Below are positions 62,871-64,000 of a stretch of DNA of 64,000 bases, one piece after another. Source of the DNA: Octopus sinensis (taxonomy: Eukaryota); NCBI RefSeq assembly GCF_006345805.1, contig NC_043006.1, positions 30,256,001 to 30,320,000 on the forward strand, given 5' to 3'. How positions within the stretch are numbered: position 1 is the stretch's first letter; each line of letters opens with the position of its first letter. Under the pieces are notes generated by a model. That model worked only from the letters and a program-made list of their open reading frames with translations, ran no database searches and was not told where the DNA came from. A program made the translations under genes and the position numbers.

Positions 62871-63560
62871 TGTGGGATGACGTCAGCAGCTGGGTGTGTT
62901 GACCGGAAGTTGAGGCAACCGGAAGGGGCAGCCGTGAGGCGTGCTCAGGGAGTGGGGATTTTGGCCTTTCCAACGAGGGTCGTCGGGGTGTTAAGACATG
63001 TGAAGACGTTGCTAAGGTTGGGTGAAGCAGCTGCTATCTTTACCTCGCTCAGACGTTCTTCCTCGTCCATCTCAAGGTATAGCGTTAACGCGCTCCCTTC
63101 TAAATACAGCGCCATAAGACTTGCCACATCGCTTATACCTTGCAGTCTTGCCACCAGCCTGATTTTTACGCATCCAGGCCACTACATCGCCTTCGCCATT
63201 AAAGGCTCTGATGATGTCGCTGGCGATCCTGATTTTCGCAGACATCGTGGTGACGACTTACATGGAATGCCAAAATAGCTTGTAGTGTGTGCGAGATAGT
63301 CGATATATAAAGGCACCTACCTTCTCTTCGCTCTGATAGAGACCCTTCAGTGGTAATAGATCCTTCGTCACAGCCCCGACCTGAACGCTAAAGATAGCAG
63401 CTGCTTCACCCAACCGTAGCAACGTCTTCACATGTCTTAACACCTCGACGACCCTCGTTGGAAAGGCCAAAATCCCCGCTCCCTGCGCACACCTCATGGC
63501 TGCCCCTTCTGGTTGCCCCAACTTCCGGTCAACGCACCCAGCTGCTGACGTCATCCCACA
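62871..63560 (-). mobile_element. Gypsy LTR+gag-derived fold-back element
   Basis: 172-bp inverted arms (62871-63042 / 63389-63560, about 9 mismatches), TGTGGG..CCCACA ends, ATTAT direct repeat on both flanks, LTR-like 63281-63560. Confidence 0.85.
63043..63245 (-). pseudogene. Gypsy gag N-terminal fragment
   Basis: MSAKIRIASDIIRAFNGEGDVVAWMRK(fs)IRLVARLQGISDVASLMALYLEGSALTLYLEM. Confidence 0.75.
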
Positions 63561-64000
63561 ATTATTAAATTGATTAATAATTTAATAGTTATATAAAAGT
63601 GCATATAAGAATGATTTTATCTAGTTTTCTAATGAATTGTTTGTTTTCAGGGTACCCTCAGTCTCTCACCTCCCTCATGATTCCCCATCTTAGTTTGAAT
63701 ACTTCTCAAAACCCTTATTAATTATAGTTTTTTTAAAAAATAAATCCTATACTCATATGTGAAGAAACAGTTTTCCTGACTGCTTGGGTCCAGTTTAAAT
63801 GATTGATCAATGATTTAACTTGGTGGAACGACCTTTCCATCCTCACCTCTGATGCTATGGACCTAGATGGAATATTTATGATAATTAAAGTAACTTATAG
63901 AAACTTAGGTAAAATGAAGTAAAAAGAAGTAGATACTAGCACACTAACAACACAGAAAAATATTATTAAACAAGAAAGTACAGAATCAAGAGCAGAAGTA

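Noticed and set aside
62871-63560. DIRS-type retrotransposon
   Set aside because: TG..CA ends, an apparent TSD and Gypsy-type gag do not fit DIRS; no tyrosine recombinase or internal complementary region seen

Overview
AT-rich, repeat-saturated animal DNA. The SINE families and microsatellite load point to a coleoid cephalopod, most likely Octopus (inference from recognised repeat sequence, not a database hit). No host protein-coding gene can be supported; there are only a CpG-retaining promoter-like zone (30.4-33.9 kb) and a few weak splice-signal candidates. The window is a layered transposon landscape. It holds about five tRNA-type SINE families and decayed RTE, CR1/L2-type and Penelope-like (PLE) retroelements. 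There is one apparently intact R4/Dong-type RLE LINE (51.2-55.0 kb) flanked by (TAA)n, a full-length Buster-type hAT with a perfect 8-bp TSD (21.1-23.5 kb), and an older hAT. It also holds a DD37D-like Tc1/mariner, two non-autonomous Helitrons and many MITE or fold-back structures. Best leads: (1) a tRNA-headed SINE carrying a Penelope-type minimal hammerhead ribozyme, inserted as a tail-out inverted dimer with one 13-bp TSD (36.6-37.8 kb); (2) a Gypsy LTR+gag-derived 690-bp fold-back with TG..CA ends and a 5-bp direct repeat (62.9-63.6 kb); (3) a 266-bp inverted duplication with one mismatch inside an old PLE (28.2-28.9 kb). All alignments and folds were done by eye; boundaries without a TSD are approximate.
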